NCBI RefSeq assembly: GCF_009914755.1
Contig: NC_060925.1
Direction: 5' to 3' (one strand)
Origin: the human T2T-CHM13v2.0 reference genome, Homo sapiens
Length of the DNA: 64,000 nucleotides
The translations under genes and the position numbers were made by a program. The notes beneath the pieces were generated by a model, which was not told the origin of the DNA, did no database searches, and was given only the letters and a program-made list of their open reading frames with translations. Below, piece after piece: positions 42,424 to 56,488 of the stretch. Each line of letters opens with the position of its first letter. Position 1 is the stretch's first letter.

Positions 42424-43855
42424 TTAGATGGTTTCTTTGGGAGCAGATGGAATTGAATAACCTGCCCACAACCCTCAGCAAAAAGCGTGTGGGTGTCAGA
42501 ACTTGAGTGGAGAAGGAGGGGGAGAAAAGAACCCAGGAGAGAGTAGGGGAGGCACAGGCTCCAGTCAGCATCTGCTGAGAGGCTCCTGCCCATCTCCGAG
42601 CCATTCGCAGGGGAAGGCCTGGAATGAGAGCCCGGGGATCCTGGGACCAGGAGCATAGATTAAGGACCCTGCCTCACCTCCTCTACAGACCTGTTGCACT
42701 GGATGTGTAGTGAGGGTCCACCTTCTTGTCTGCCTGAAACATGTTCTCCTACATGCCCCAGACTGACTCTCCAGGCCCTTTTTCTAGAATCACTCAACAT
42801 TTTTAGCTGGTACCTCTCCTGAGTAAGAAATTCCAGAGGCAGCACTTTCTTTGATTGATCCTGAACTTCTTGGAGGGTCAAATGTGGAGAAATGAGGGGA
42901 CTCCTTTATTCTATTTACAGCATCCCAGGAGCTGAGGAGCACAAAGACAGCTGTGATGCAAAGGAAACATGATGGGCTTTAAAATGAGAAGGGCTGAGTT
43001 CAGATTCTACCTGTGCCATGTATTAACTGTGTGACCTTAGGCAAGTTGATTAACTGCTCTGGGCCTCAGTCTTTCCACCCTGAAAAGGGCAATAATAACA
43101 CCCACCTCACAGGATCAAATGGCCAATGTGTTTAAGTACCTCTTGCAAATTACACGGTCCTAAACTATTGTCATCAGAAGCAAGTGAAAAATCTCCAGCT
43201 GCTGGATTCTCTACGGAAATATTTTGACCCCCAGCCAAGTTACTTTCTGCCAAGCTGCAGGAGCTGATGAAATAAATTCCTGTTTTAATATCAGCCTTGT
43301 TTAATACTAGAGACAATTAGGAGATTAAATCTGCAACAAAAAGAAAAATAGATAATATATCACCCTGGAGCCCAAAAGTAGTTTGTTTTGTTTGTTTGTT
43401 TGTTTGTTTGCATTAACTGCAGTTCTGGGTTATTTATTCCCCTTATTTTAAAGCGAGTGAGAGTTGGTCTCTGTGATTTAGTTTAAGTTGATGGAGTAAG
43501 GAGGACAATGATCATGTGTGCATCATCTGCTCTATACTAACCACCGTCTTGTCTAATTTCATTCTCATTATGGCCTCTGAGAGAAACATGATTATCTTCA
43601 TGGAGAAGAGAATCAGAGGCTCAGAAAGGTTAAGTGACTTGCCCAGGGAAGCACAGCTAGTAAATGGCAGAGGTGGGATTTGATTTCAGGACTGCCTGAC
43701 TCCAAAGCCTATGTTCAGAGGGACCACTGGGGGGCAAACCCAGGGCCCAGTTGAAGGGGTTCCCATCTTACGGTGCTCTACAGGCACAGGCTCAGGGCTT
43801 TCATTTTTTCCTTGCTCATTAACAAGCCATATCGGTGTCCCTTGGCCCTTGACAG

Positions 43856-43926
43856 CCCCCTCGGTGGCACCCTCAGGACTCAGCGGAGGAGGTGGAGCCC
43901 CCGGAGAGCTCATCGTCAACTGGACG
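43856..43926 (+). CDS. CNTN2: CNTN2 exon 17 (FNIII-2)
   Basis: APSVAPSGLSGGGGAPGELIVNWT; donor gtaagc. Confidence 0.96.
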
Positions 43927-44191
43927 GTAAGCTGCAAGGGTCAGATGTCCTCCTCCTCCTCCCTGACTCCTCTCCCGCTTGAGCAGCTGCAGAAAGGACC
44001 ACTGCACAGCTCTGACTCAAACGCGGATAACTTCCTGTCCCCCTTCCACGCACCCGCTGCCCCTTACGCGAATCCACGCTGCAGGCGTAGGCGTCCAGGG
44101 CCGCTACTCTTGGCAAAGGTTGGGTGGGGCCAGGGAACGGGCAGGGACACATGCCGCGGACCCTCGCCCATGCCATGCTCTTGCCCCTCAG

Positions 44192-44426
44192 CCCATGTCA
44201 CGGGAGTACCAGAACGGAGACGGCTTCGGCTACCTGCTGTCCTTCCGCAGGCAGGGCAGCACTCACTGGCAGACCGCCCGGGTGCCTGGCGCCGATGCCC
44301 AGTACTTTGTCTACAGCAACGAGAGCGTCCGGCCCTACACGCCCTTTGAGGTCAAGATCCGCAGCTACAACCGCCGCGGGGATGGGCCCGAGAGCCTCAC
44401 TGCACTCGTGTACTCAGCTGAGGAAG
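44192..44426 (+). CDS. CNTN2: CNTN2 exon 18 (FNIII-2, contains RGD at 44375-44383)
   Basis: [14 protein letters not shown]...YNRRGDGP...YSAEE. Confidence 0.97.
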
Positions 44427-44790
44427 GTGGGCTGCCCCTGGGCCCCCTGCTCGTCCCTACCCCAGCCACTTGTCCACAGGGATGTGGGGTGGGGGAACGC
44501 TACTCATCTCCCAGCTCAGTTCCACAGGAGGAGGTTGAGAGGACACCTGGGTTCCACATCATTGGCCTCACTTCCAGCTCTTGCTACCTTGTCTCCCTTC
44601 GGGGTTAGGAAAAGGGAGGCTCTCTGGGAATAGAAGTGGGCCCTGGAGCATTGCTTGGGGGGCTCCCACTCGGCCTTCATCCTGAAGGCTTTCCTCCAAA
44701 ATCTTAAGCAAAGGCAATCCTGGTTGGGGGCTGCTCTGCAGGACACAGGGGGGCCCTGGGAATCCAAACCCATTCTGTATTGGTCCCCAG

Positions 44791-44903
44791 AGCCCAGGGT
44801 GGCCCCTACCAAGGTGTGGGCCAAAGGGGTCTCATCCTCAGAGATGAACGTGACCTGGGAACCCGTGCAGCAGGACATGAATGGTATCCTCCTGGGGTAT
44901 GAG
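44791..44903 (+). CDS. CNTN2: CNTN2 exon 19 (FNIII-3)
   Basis: EPRVAPTKVWAKGV...ILLGYE. Confidence 0.97.
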
Positions 44904-45079
44904 GTGAGCACCAACCTGGGACTTGGGAGAGGAAGGGGTGCTGGGGCTTCAAAGCCAGGTGGGAACAACTCACAGACCACTAATCATTCCTCCTGGCGTC
45001 CCTGGTTCGCTGACATGGCAAACTGAGCATCCAGTCTGTGTAGCACTGTGAATGCAAATTTCACTAAGACCCCATGGCA

Positions 45080-45389
<310 letters not shown>

Positions 45390-46312
45390 TTATGCCCATT
45401 GGGGAAGACAGACCCTGGAGGCAGCCTTAAAGTAAATGCTTGGCTAGAGCCAGCATTGGAAGCTGGGAGGGTAGAAGGAACAGGTTCTGGGAAGGGGCAT
45501 GGCCTGCCCCTTTCATCCCAGAGCCCATTCAGGCTGGCCTGTCCAGGGCTGCACAGAAAACAGCCTGAGCCGCTCTATGGACAGTTGATCATCCTGTCCC
45601 GGGGGAATCTGGGGCCCAGCAGTCTGGCCTGAGTCCTGGGCCCACTGAGAACTCCACAAAGGGGTACCTGTGGAGCAGATGGCAAGTGATGGGAAGCAAG
45701 AGGGAGAGAAAGAAGGAAAAGCAAGAAGAAACCATCAAGCTGGGCCTACTAGTGATAGCACAAGTTCATTCTAGTAGAGTACTCTAGATTTGAGTACAAT
45801 AGCTTAGGCAAGCCACAGTGTGGAGATAATTCCAAACTCTGCCCTTGCCTCTGCCTTTGAAAGCATATTTAGCAGGTCTTCATGCTATGATTACCATGAA
45901 AATGGGTTTGCATTTATTAGGCAACCTTCAGAAGCTTGCTTAGGGCCAGGGGACTACTTTGCAGTACAAATAAGCATTTTCTGTCCCTTAGCAGAATGCC
46001 CACGGTAGCCCCCCAAGTTAATGAAATGAAATGGGTTCCAGCAGGCCATTGCTAGGTTGAGCCTGTGCCACCGGCTCCCTCCCTGACCCATGTCTTGAGC
46101 ACCTTCCTTGAACTACGCACCAACAGACAGCAGGGACTCACACCCACATGGCCCTGCTGTCTGGGTGCTCATGATCTAGTGTCCAGGTTCTGAGGCCTAA
46201 GACTGGGTCACAGGGACCAGGATGAGCAAGAGAGGAACAGAATGTGGGGGCCAGGGCAGCCCTGAGATCCTGGGCTTGACTACTACCCCTTGGGTACCCC
46301 CGCCTCCTTCAG

Positions 46313-46499
46313 ATCCGCTACTGGAAAGCTGGGGACAAAGAAGCAGCTGCGGACCGAGTGAGGACAGCAGGGCTGGACACCAGTGCCCGAGTCAGCGGCC
46401 TGCATCCCAACACCAAGTACCATGTGACCGTGAGGGCCTACAACCGGGCTGGCACTGGGCCTGCCAGCCCTTCTGCCAACGCCACGACCATGAAGCCCC
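46313..46499 (+). CDS. CNTN2: CNTN2 exon 20 (FNIII-3)
   Basis: [10 protein letters not shown]...[16 protein letters not shown]...TMKP; donor gtgagt. Confidence 0.97.
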
Positions 46500-46852
46500 G
46501 TGAGTCTGTCTGCCTGGGGTGGGGGTAGGGCAATATTTTGGAGGGTGGGTGCCTCTGAGATCATTCCTTCCCCAATGATAAGACAAATGCTCTAGCCCAC
46601 CAGCTCTGGGCTGAACAGAAATTAGGCAGCGAGCCTAATGGAAATAAGGGAATGGAATTCATGGCCCCTGAAGCGTCTCACACTTCTCCAACCTTTGGAT
46701 TTCCATGGGCTTTGTTTCGTGGGCATGGGTGACAGAATGTGCTGGGTGTAACTGCTAGAGGCAAACATCCAGAGAAGGGCTGGTTAAAGGTGAGGGGGTG
46801 CGGGGTGCCAGGGAAACGTTTGGACATCTCTCCAATTCTTCCTCTCTGGCAG

Positions 46853-46965
46853 CTCCGCGGCGACCTCCTGGCAACATCTCCTGGACTTTCTCAAGCTCTA
46901 GTCTTAGCATTAAGTGGGACCCTGTGGTCCCTTTCCGAAATGAGTCTGCAGTCACCGGCTATAAG
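46853..46965 (+). CDS. CNTN2: CNTN2 exon 21 (FNIII-4)
   Basis: [13 protein letters not shown]...AVTGYK. Confidence 0.97.
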
Positions 46966-47437
46966 GTGAGGAAGCAATCAGCTAGGCCCAGAATGGGAAG
47001 GAACAGCTCCTCTGTGTTTCCAGTGAACATAAGCAGCAGCAATTTATAGCAAGAGGCATCTGAGTGAGACATAAGCAAAGGGTTTGTGACTGTGAGAGGA
47101 ATGAAATTCATGAACTATTCTCTCAGTAACTTGCAGTAGAAACTATAAAAACGGGCAGATGGTATCACTGCAGAAAGGCAGAGTTCACAGGGGTAGTGAT
47201 GGACTATGGGGATGGAGTATGGGGGTTCTTCTAGCTTAAGGAGTCTACGGAAACAGTTCAGTGGCCTGCAAGCTTTCCTCCACCAATGAGGAGCTTTGTC
47301 AATGGGGAGGAGGGGTGAGGAGGCTGGACCTCAAGAGCCCAGAACCATCGGGTCTCCTCCCAGTACCTAAAGCTGGGGATGACTCAACGATCAGCCCTGG
47401 TGTCAGGAAACTCCACCTGGAAACCTCCTTCCCACAG

Positions 47438-47606
47438 ATGCTGTACCAGAATGACTTACACCTGACTCCCACGCTCCACCTCACCGGCAAGAACTGGATA
47501 GAAATCCCAGTGCCTGAAGACATTGGCCATGCCCTGGTACAAATTCGGACCACAGGGCCCGGAGGGGATGGGATCCCTGCAGAAGTCCACATCGTGAGGA
47601 ATGGAG
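47438..47606 (+). CDS. CNTN2: CNTN2 exon 22 (FNIII-4)
   Basis: [11 protein letters not shown]...HIVRNG; weak donor gtgctg. Confidence 0.96.
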
Positions 47607-48025
47607 GTGCTGCTCCTCCCCTACCCTTATCCCCTCGAGAGATTCAGGATCCACCCAGATACCTGAGAGGATCATTCCCACCCAGGCCAACTCCAATCTC
47701 TACCCGCAAAGGAAAGTGGAAGGCAGGCAGGAACCAAGTGCAAAGTAGTCTTAGAACTGCCTCGCCGCCACCTTTCTACCCAGCCCCCAGAACATCCCCG
47801 AGGGCCAGGGAAGGGCGCAGGGTGCAGGGGGAGGCTGAGGACCAACCAGCAATAGCAAACGGCCTACAAAGCACCGTAGGAGTCGGACTGAGAAGACCAC
47901 CCAGCCGTCCGCTCCCAGGCCTGCAGCTGGCCCTGTGAGTCTCCTTAGGAAAGGTCTCAATCTTGCCACAAGGGTGGGGCTAGGGTAGTCCCAGGCCCAG
48001 CTGACTCAGCTTGTGCTGGTTTCAG

Positions 48026-48135
48026 GCACAAGCATGATGGTGGAGAACATGGCAGTCCGCCCAGCACCACACCCTGGCACCGTCATTTCCCACTCCGTGG
48101 CGATGCTGATCCTCATAGGCTCCCTGGAGCTCTGA
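48026..48135 (+). CDS. CNTN2: CNTN2 exon 23 coding part: GPI-anchor signal and stop
   Basis: GTSMMVENMAVRPAPHPGTVISHSVAMLILIGSLEL*; hydrophobic C-terminus; TGA at 48133-48135. Confidence 0.97.
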
Positions 48136-49303
48136 TCCTGGAACCCCTCCCTCTGCGCCGCAGCTGGACGCCACCTCCGACGGACACAGCCAGCCCCTTC
48201 CTGCTGCCAAGGTGGCCTGACACTGTGCCAGAGAGTGGCTGGTTTTAAATACCTACTTTAAACAGTGCCCTTTTTGTAGGAGGTAGGATATTTTATATTC
48301 TGCCGCAGGATAGAACCCACGCAAGGATTTTCTTTAAATTGAGAGGCACCAGGCAGTAACTTCCATGATGACACTGACGCCTATACCTGAGCTCTAGGCT
48401 GCCTGGAGGGAAGGAACAGGCCCATGGGAAGAAGGGGGTTTTAAAAACATGTCTTCAACTCAGCAGAGATGGCCCTCTGGGACCCTATACGCACTCCGCC
48501 ACTTGAGAGCAGTCCTAGGCCCGGCAGGAACACCAGACATGAACAGGTTGAAGAACTGGAGCGAAGTGCACACCTCACCATCCTTCAGTCTAAGGAAGAA
48601 GGGCAAGCCCTGGGACCAAGAGCTCTCCCGCCTTCTCCCTCGAGCAGCAGCAAGGACCCTGACGCTGTCCCCGATAACTCCCTAGGGGCTCCTGCCTGCC
48701 CAAGCGGCTGAGAACCAGCGCCCCGATGCCTGAGGCTGGGAGCCTGAGCCCCTTCAGCTTTGAGGGGGGTGATACTCCAGGCTGTTTGGGGTGGGAGCCA
48801 AAAAGAGTTGAGAGGCCAGGGCCCTTGGTGGAAAGGGGCACCAGCCTTGGTCTGAGATAGTCACAACCCAGGTGACGATGCCCTCTCAGCCAACACTGCC
48901 AACCTGACCCTGTCATCCCGATTGACAGCGCCACTTCAGGTGGCTGGGTGACTAAAGGGCTTGTCTTGGTGGGGTCTCCCACCCCTCCAAGACCCATTCT
49001 GCACAGTCCCTCCAGGGTTTGGGCAGGAGATGGCCAATCATGCGCCCACCTCTCCAGTGCTGCCTGCAGTCAGCTCGGCCTCCCCGACCTGCAGCCCCAG
49101 ACTCTGCTCTCCCAGCACTGACTCACTCCTGCCTGGGAGGGGAATGCAGCATTCATGCTGTGTGTCCTGGTATTGGGAGGTTTCTGGGAAGGGCAGAGGA
49201 TAAATGTGGCCCTGCCTGCTCCCAGGTATACCTAGGACCACCTGGCCAGATCCGCTCCCAGACGGCCTTGGACTGCTTGCATTTCCCCGGAGAAAAAGGG
49301 GTT

Positions 49304-49309
49304 AATAAA
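49304..49309 (+). terminator. CNTN2: Candidate proximal CNTN2 poly(A) signal AATAAA
   Basis: First canonical hexamer seen after the stop codon, about 1.2 kb downstream. Confidence 0.55.
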
Positions 49310-52300
49310 TGGGCCATCCTTTCCTGAGCTCTGGGTATACTACCAGTCACAGAACGTCAGAGCTGGAAGAAGCCTTAGAGCTCAACTTCTTCAAGCCCCT
49401 CACTTTACAGATGAGGAAATGGAGGTGGTCCAGAGAGGGTCTGGGATTCCCAAGGTCACACAGCCCAGAAGAGATGGGGCTGGGTTAAGAACTCGAGTCT
49501 TCCACCTTTCTGTTCAAGGCTGTTTGTCTACCCAGAGGAAGGAGGCACTGCTGAATGGCTATGGCCTGGCTAAGAAGGTGATTAGTCAGTAGGGTATGAA
49601 AATTCTACTTCAAGGGGTTCGGATTGGTGATCATGGGGATTGGCATGGCTGGGTTCCAGTCCAAGGTGTGGGCAGAGCTTCTACCAAACTTCAACATGGA
49701 GGGCTGACTTGAAGCTCCCTGTCCCCCTCACTCTTGCCCCAAGAAAAGAGGCCAAAGCAAGAGCAGATTCCCTAGGCAAGAGCAGCAGCACAACTAGGAA
49801 ACCCCAAAGCCCATGCTCCGACAGGTGGCCCTTCACAGGGGGCAGCGGGACAGGCATCTTGAAGGGCATATGTCCTCGGAAGCTCCGAGCCTGTTTTCTG
49901 TAGTTTATAGTTAGAGCTCTATTTTGTTATGGTTTTTTAAACTTTTAAGTCCTGCTCTATTTTCCTGGGCAGGTTTATGTTGATGTTTACCCACTACAAT
50001 TTTTTAAAAATATAAGCTCACATGCCTTTTCCCTGCCACAGCCAAACCCCCACTGCACCCTACCCACCCACCCCTAGCCCAGGTCAGCTTTCCTGGAGCT
50101 GGCTAATCAAAGCCTCCTCACCTCTTCCCAACCCTTACAAGCAAGGGTGCTAGGGGCTCAGCTATACGACCATTCTCCCTGACAGGGAGTCCAAACTTGG
50201 CCTAGCATCCCTCCTGGCCCCCCTCTGGCCACGACTTGGCCTGTGCCTGGTTCTCTATCAGAAAGGGGATGCTGAACAAAACCTCCTTCCAAGTTTTATC
50301 CAATTCGTTCCTCATTGCCTCGGGCTGCGTCAGGGGAAGCAGGGGACAGGTGTCCAGTTGCTGGGCCGAGGGAGGAGCTGGTTTGGCATAGGACCTAACC
50401 AGTGAAGCTAGAGGCTACAGCCACTAAACTTGCTTCAGGCCAACGATAGTTACTCACAAGTAAGTACCTTAATGCTAATGAGGTCCACTAAAAAGGGGAG
50501 GAAGGCAGACCTCCTGGGAGACCCACGAAGGGTTTTTAGCCAGGGAAAACTGAGCCCCAGGAAAACCTAACCACTGGGCAGGCAGAATTTGTTTGAGGGA
50601 TAGAACGACAACAAAATAAATGTTCCTGCAGCCTGAGATTTCAGGTAGAGTACTGACTAAGGTTTAATAAGACAATAGGTGACCTGAGGACATGCAAGCT
50701 TGTAAAATGCAACAGCCTCCTGCTAGAGTGACTTGTACATGAGCTTGCTTGCAGAAGACTAGATTAGATGTTTCTCAGGATCCCCTCCTGCGCAGGGGTT
50801 CTCTGATTTTCGTGTTCTCTGCCCAGATGGGCTGGGGGAGTTGAGAGTGTGCTTATTTTCACTGCGATCATGAGACCACAGTTCTGGGTTATCTCCTCTC
50901 ATACATCAAGCCCCAGAGGAGGCGGCAAGAGGAACAGCCACAAACAAGTACTTTACCCCACAGCTTAGTGGCCAGTAAACACCCTGGGGACTAGGAAAAG
51001 GAACCAACTGTAGGCACCTCTCCAGGGCCTAGGGAGACAAGTGTCCTCTCTTCTGCATACATTTGGGCTCCCCTTACAGAGCCCTTTGCCCTGGCTCTCT
51101 GGTCCTTGTTGCTCTAACAGTCCAGATGTACACCCAGCCTCAGGGGGAAGGCAGCTCTCTCCAGACAGAGTCTCAGGGCCCAGCAAGGTCAGGTTATCTG
51201 CTTTCATTCAGGGCAACAAATGATACAAATGGTGCCAGGGAGTGGCAAGGCCATGGGGGTAGGTGGGGGTGTCTTTTTCTTTTCATAAAGTAACAACAGA
51301 CGAGACTGAGGTTAAACATCAGAAAAAAACCTCTGGAATGACCTTCCTCATTCCAGGAGGCCCTGGAATAAGGAAGAGGCTTCTTTCTGAGGGAGCTTTG
51401 AGGAATTTTGACAGCTGTTGACATGGGATTTGGGAAAGGTGAAGCTGTGACTGGAGGGGCAGGAGATGGTCCAAGTGTCCATCCAGAGATGAGACTCTTA
51501 GAATCAAAGTGTTCAGCCCAGGAAGTCTTGGAGATCCCACCTTCTGTGGCCCTGCACCTTATGGGAAGCCATTAAGGGGGCTCATCTAGGAATTCTGGTT
51601 ACAGCCCAGTGCTCATCCCAGCGTATGCTGCCTCTTTAGGGCAGCCCCAAGGGCCAGCCAGCCTGTACTCTGGGCAAGAGCCCAAAATGGCTAGGAATGT
51701 TTGACTCCCTTAATCTCTTCCCCAGCTACAGAGGAATCTTTTCTCTGCCTGGTCTCAGAATGGGACTGCCAACTGGCTCATTGGTGGGAGACACAGTATC
51801 CTCAAACCTGTGGCCACTGGCATGACAGTGGTGCTCTGTCTCCCTGGGTGACACCCACCCTAGGCTTCCTCCTGGATGTGATGGGGATTGCCAGAGAGGC
51901 TCTTAGCATAAAAGGCATTAGGTGGGCATTTTTCTGTGTGCCCCCAAAAAGCTCCATGGAAACAGGCACCTGGTAGCTGCGGAACACCCGTGGACTTGTG
52001 TATATGGTCATAGGCTTTGGGAAGACAGGACGTAAAGGAAAATGAGAGAAACAAAATGGGTCAGATAGCTTTGGCCACAGCCCCAGGCAGCCTTTGGGGC
52101 CTATGACACTTAGTGCCCTTAGATGGGATACATCTTGCCTCGGCCCCAAGACTCCTCCAACTTACCCGTCCCATCCAGGGCCTGCACAGCTTAGAGAGGC
52201 TCACAGCTTGGCAAATGCTAGGGCTTCATCAGACCACTGACTTGACTCAGTGTTTGTTAAAATGGAACCACTCCCGTTGGCCTACTGTTTCTCTCCTGTA

Positions 52301-52349
52301 CTTCTTGTAATGATAGTTATTTATTGACTCTGGTAGCAGGCAGTTCTTA

Positions 52350-52640
52350 AATAAAGATGGTTTCTCAACCTGTTGGGGAAGCTGGCACGAGCTGTGGGTG
52401 TTATCATCAGGCTAAAGCATACCTCCTTGTCCTGTTCTTCACTCCAGAGGCTTTTATCCAAGAATTTCTTTACCCCCCACACAGTGAAATATAAGTAAGT
52501 TACAACATACAGTCTATATTGCTTCATCCAGTCCCAGGAGGAGGGAAAAATTAGGCCAAGATCTTAAGGCAGGTCCAAGCAGAGCACAGGCAGGCATTTG
52601 GCTAGAATCAGTTGGCTTTACCTAATACAGTGGCAGTAAA
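52350..52640 (+). terminator. CNTN2: Candidate distal CNTN2 poly(A) signals (AATAAA 52350-52355; AGTAAA 52635-52640)
   Basis: Hexamers at the end of the largely unique 3'UTR, before repeat-dense DNA begins at 52.87 kb; TGTA upstream of the first. Confidence 0.55.
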
Positions 52641-52748
52641 CAATGCTTATGTGATGGTACTGCTTCAAGGTGGCCTGATTTTTAAGACATCTTTGAGGTG
52701 TTGACTCAGTGGTCCCAAAGGAAAGTCTCCCTGCAGATATATTAATGA

Positions 52749-53185
<437 letters not shown>

Positions 53186-54894
53186 TGAAAATGTGTGTGG
53201 AGATACACTTGCACGACTCTGTGTTTTGAGTCTTTTAGTGCAAAGCAGGTAGGGCTCCATGCTGACTACGCCCCCAGCTTTTTTCAGCGAAGAGGGAGAT
53301 GGTGAATGGAGGCCTGAATACTCATTAGCTGTGTGCCTGGAAGCCCAGGCTGACAACAAGCCTCCGGAAGGGGCCTGTACGGACACCAGTATGATATCAC
53401 AAAACGGTCATCTCTTCCACTTTGCCCCCAAAGGGGATGTGGGAACACCAGCCACTCTAAAACCCAAATATTAGTCCAGTCAGCATCCCCTTGACCCTGC
53501 AAAGGTAGATTACCTGCACAGACTTCAACAGGTTTTGCTTTACTAACACAACTGAGCATCTTTTGTTCTCTTCTCTGCTCAATCCCTTCACATCCTTGGA
53601 GTCAAAACTCAAGAGCCCAATGCACAGAGGGTTATAATGCCAGAACTGTGCAATAGTCCATCCCATGCTTGACTACTGGCTGCAACAGAAGACTGCAAAA
53701 GTTACTCAGTCTCTCCATCTGGAAAATGGGACATAGTACCCATCAGTCTTCCTCCCTCCTCAGCAATGTCATGTTGAGTTCATTAAAGTAGGATATTTTA
53801 TGGTCTTCTAGTGTCAAGACTGCTTGCTTAAAGTACAGCAAGCTATCTCCTGAATGTCTCAGCAAGTTGTCCCGTACTGAATGCTTCATCAATAATATTC
53901 CTGAACTCATGTCCCGTACTTCAGTTTACCTCACAGGATCTCACTGGATCCTCACAATCACCTATTTCAAAGATGATGTCAGGTAGCTTGCCCCATTACA
54001 CCATCAACAGCAGAACAAGGCCCAGAACCCAGGTCTTCTGAAATCTATCCCCTCTGAAGTAAACAGAATGGGGGTAAGGGTACGTGTAAAATGTAAGATC
54101 TTTTTTAAAATAAGAGCAACAGTAAAATGACTCCCTATGCCTGGGCCTCAGTCAGTGGTTCTCAACCTTAGCCATATATCAGAACCACCTAACAACCTTA
54201 AACAACAAAGATGCTCTGAACTCATGATATACATCTAGGACACTGAGACAGCCTAGGAGCAATGACTCCCCAGTAGCAATGAGCACACCCAACATGCAAA
54301 CCTTGGTTTCTCAATGCTACTCCCCACACTAAGAGGAACCAGGGTTCCTTGGGGAAAGACCAGATTCAGGTTTGGGGCAAGGAGAGTCCAAATGTGAATC
54401 TGAGATACCGTGTTGTACTAGAAGCAAGAAAATGCTCAATGTCAAATAAAACCACAGCAAAAGGGCAAAAGAGCTTGCCTGAGGGGACTCCTACTGGCCA
54501 AAATTGGGGACAATTTGAACATCAAGATAATGATCATTTGTACACCAAACCCCCATGACATGCAATTTACCTATGCAACAATCCTGCACATGTACCCCTA
54601 AACCTAAAAAGTTAAAAAAAAAGATGAAATGATAATGGATTATATATAGCTCACTGAATAAGAAGAATCTATTGAGACCTCAAAAATAAAGAGGGTAAAA
54701 AGAGTAAGCTCTTCTTTACAGAGAAATGCAGGCTAATATAGGTAAGATGAACATAAAGAATTGCCAGTTTGCAGTCCCCAACATGTAATGTTCAACAAGG
54801 CAAAAACAATGGATGCCAAAATATGTGAAGAGTTTTTGGAGAGCCATATAATCATAAAGTATTACCCCACAGACTATGAATTACAAAGGGGAAA

Positions 54895-54942
<48 letters not shown>

Positions 54943-54997
54943 TGGTGGTGAGATCTGGCCATCCACCACCTTAACCAAATGATCAAGCTTATTATCA

Positions 54998-55359
<362 letters not shown>

Positions 55360-55601
55360 TTAAGATTCATTCCTCATGAATCTACTCATGAGGAAATGGC
55401 AAATACAAATTATGGAATCTTATCTAAGACAACTGGAGTAAATTATTCAACGAAATCAATGTCATGAAAGACAAAGGAATGCAGGAGGTCTGTTGTAAAA
55501 GAAGATACTTAAGAGAAACATAACACATGAACTTCTATTTGATCCTGGATCAAAAATGAAATTAAAAAGCTGTTAAGATTTTGGATATTGAGAAGTGAAT
55601 A

Positions 55602-55838
55602 CAGGCTGAGTATCCCTTATCCAAAATGTTTGGGACCAGACATGTTCCAGATTTCAGACTTTTTCAGATTTTGGCATCTTTGCATTATACTTATAGGTTA
55701 AGCATCCCAAATCCAAGAAATCCGAAATCTAAGCTCTTCCAATAAGCATTTCCTTTGAGCACCATGTTGGTACTCAAAAAGTTTCAAGTTTTGGAGCATT
55801 ACAGATTTCAGGTTTTCATACTTGGGATGCTCAACTTG
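55602..55838. mobile_element. Tigger4/Zombi-like MITE (MER46A-like)
   Basis: TA|caggctgagtatccc ... gggatgctcaacttg|TA terminal inverted repeats and TA TSD. Confidence 0.8.
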
Positions 55839-55874
55839 TATAAACTATATAAGATTAAGAAATTGTTAAATTTT

Positions 55875-56488
<614 letters not shown>

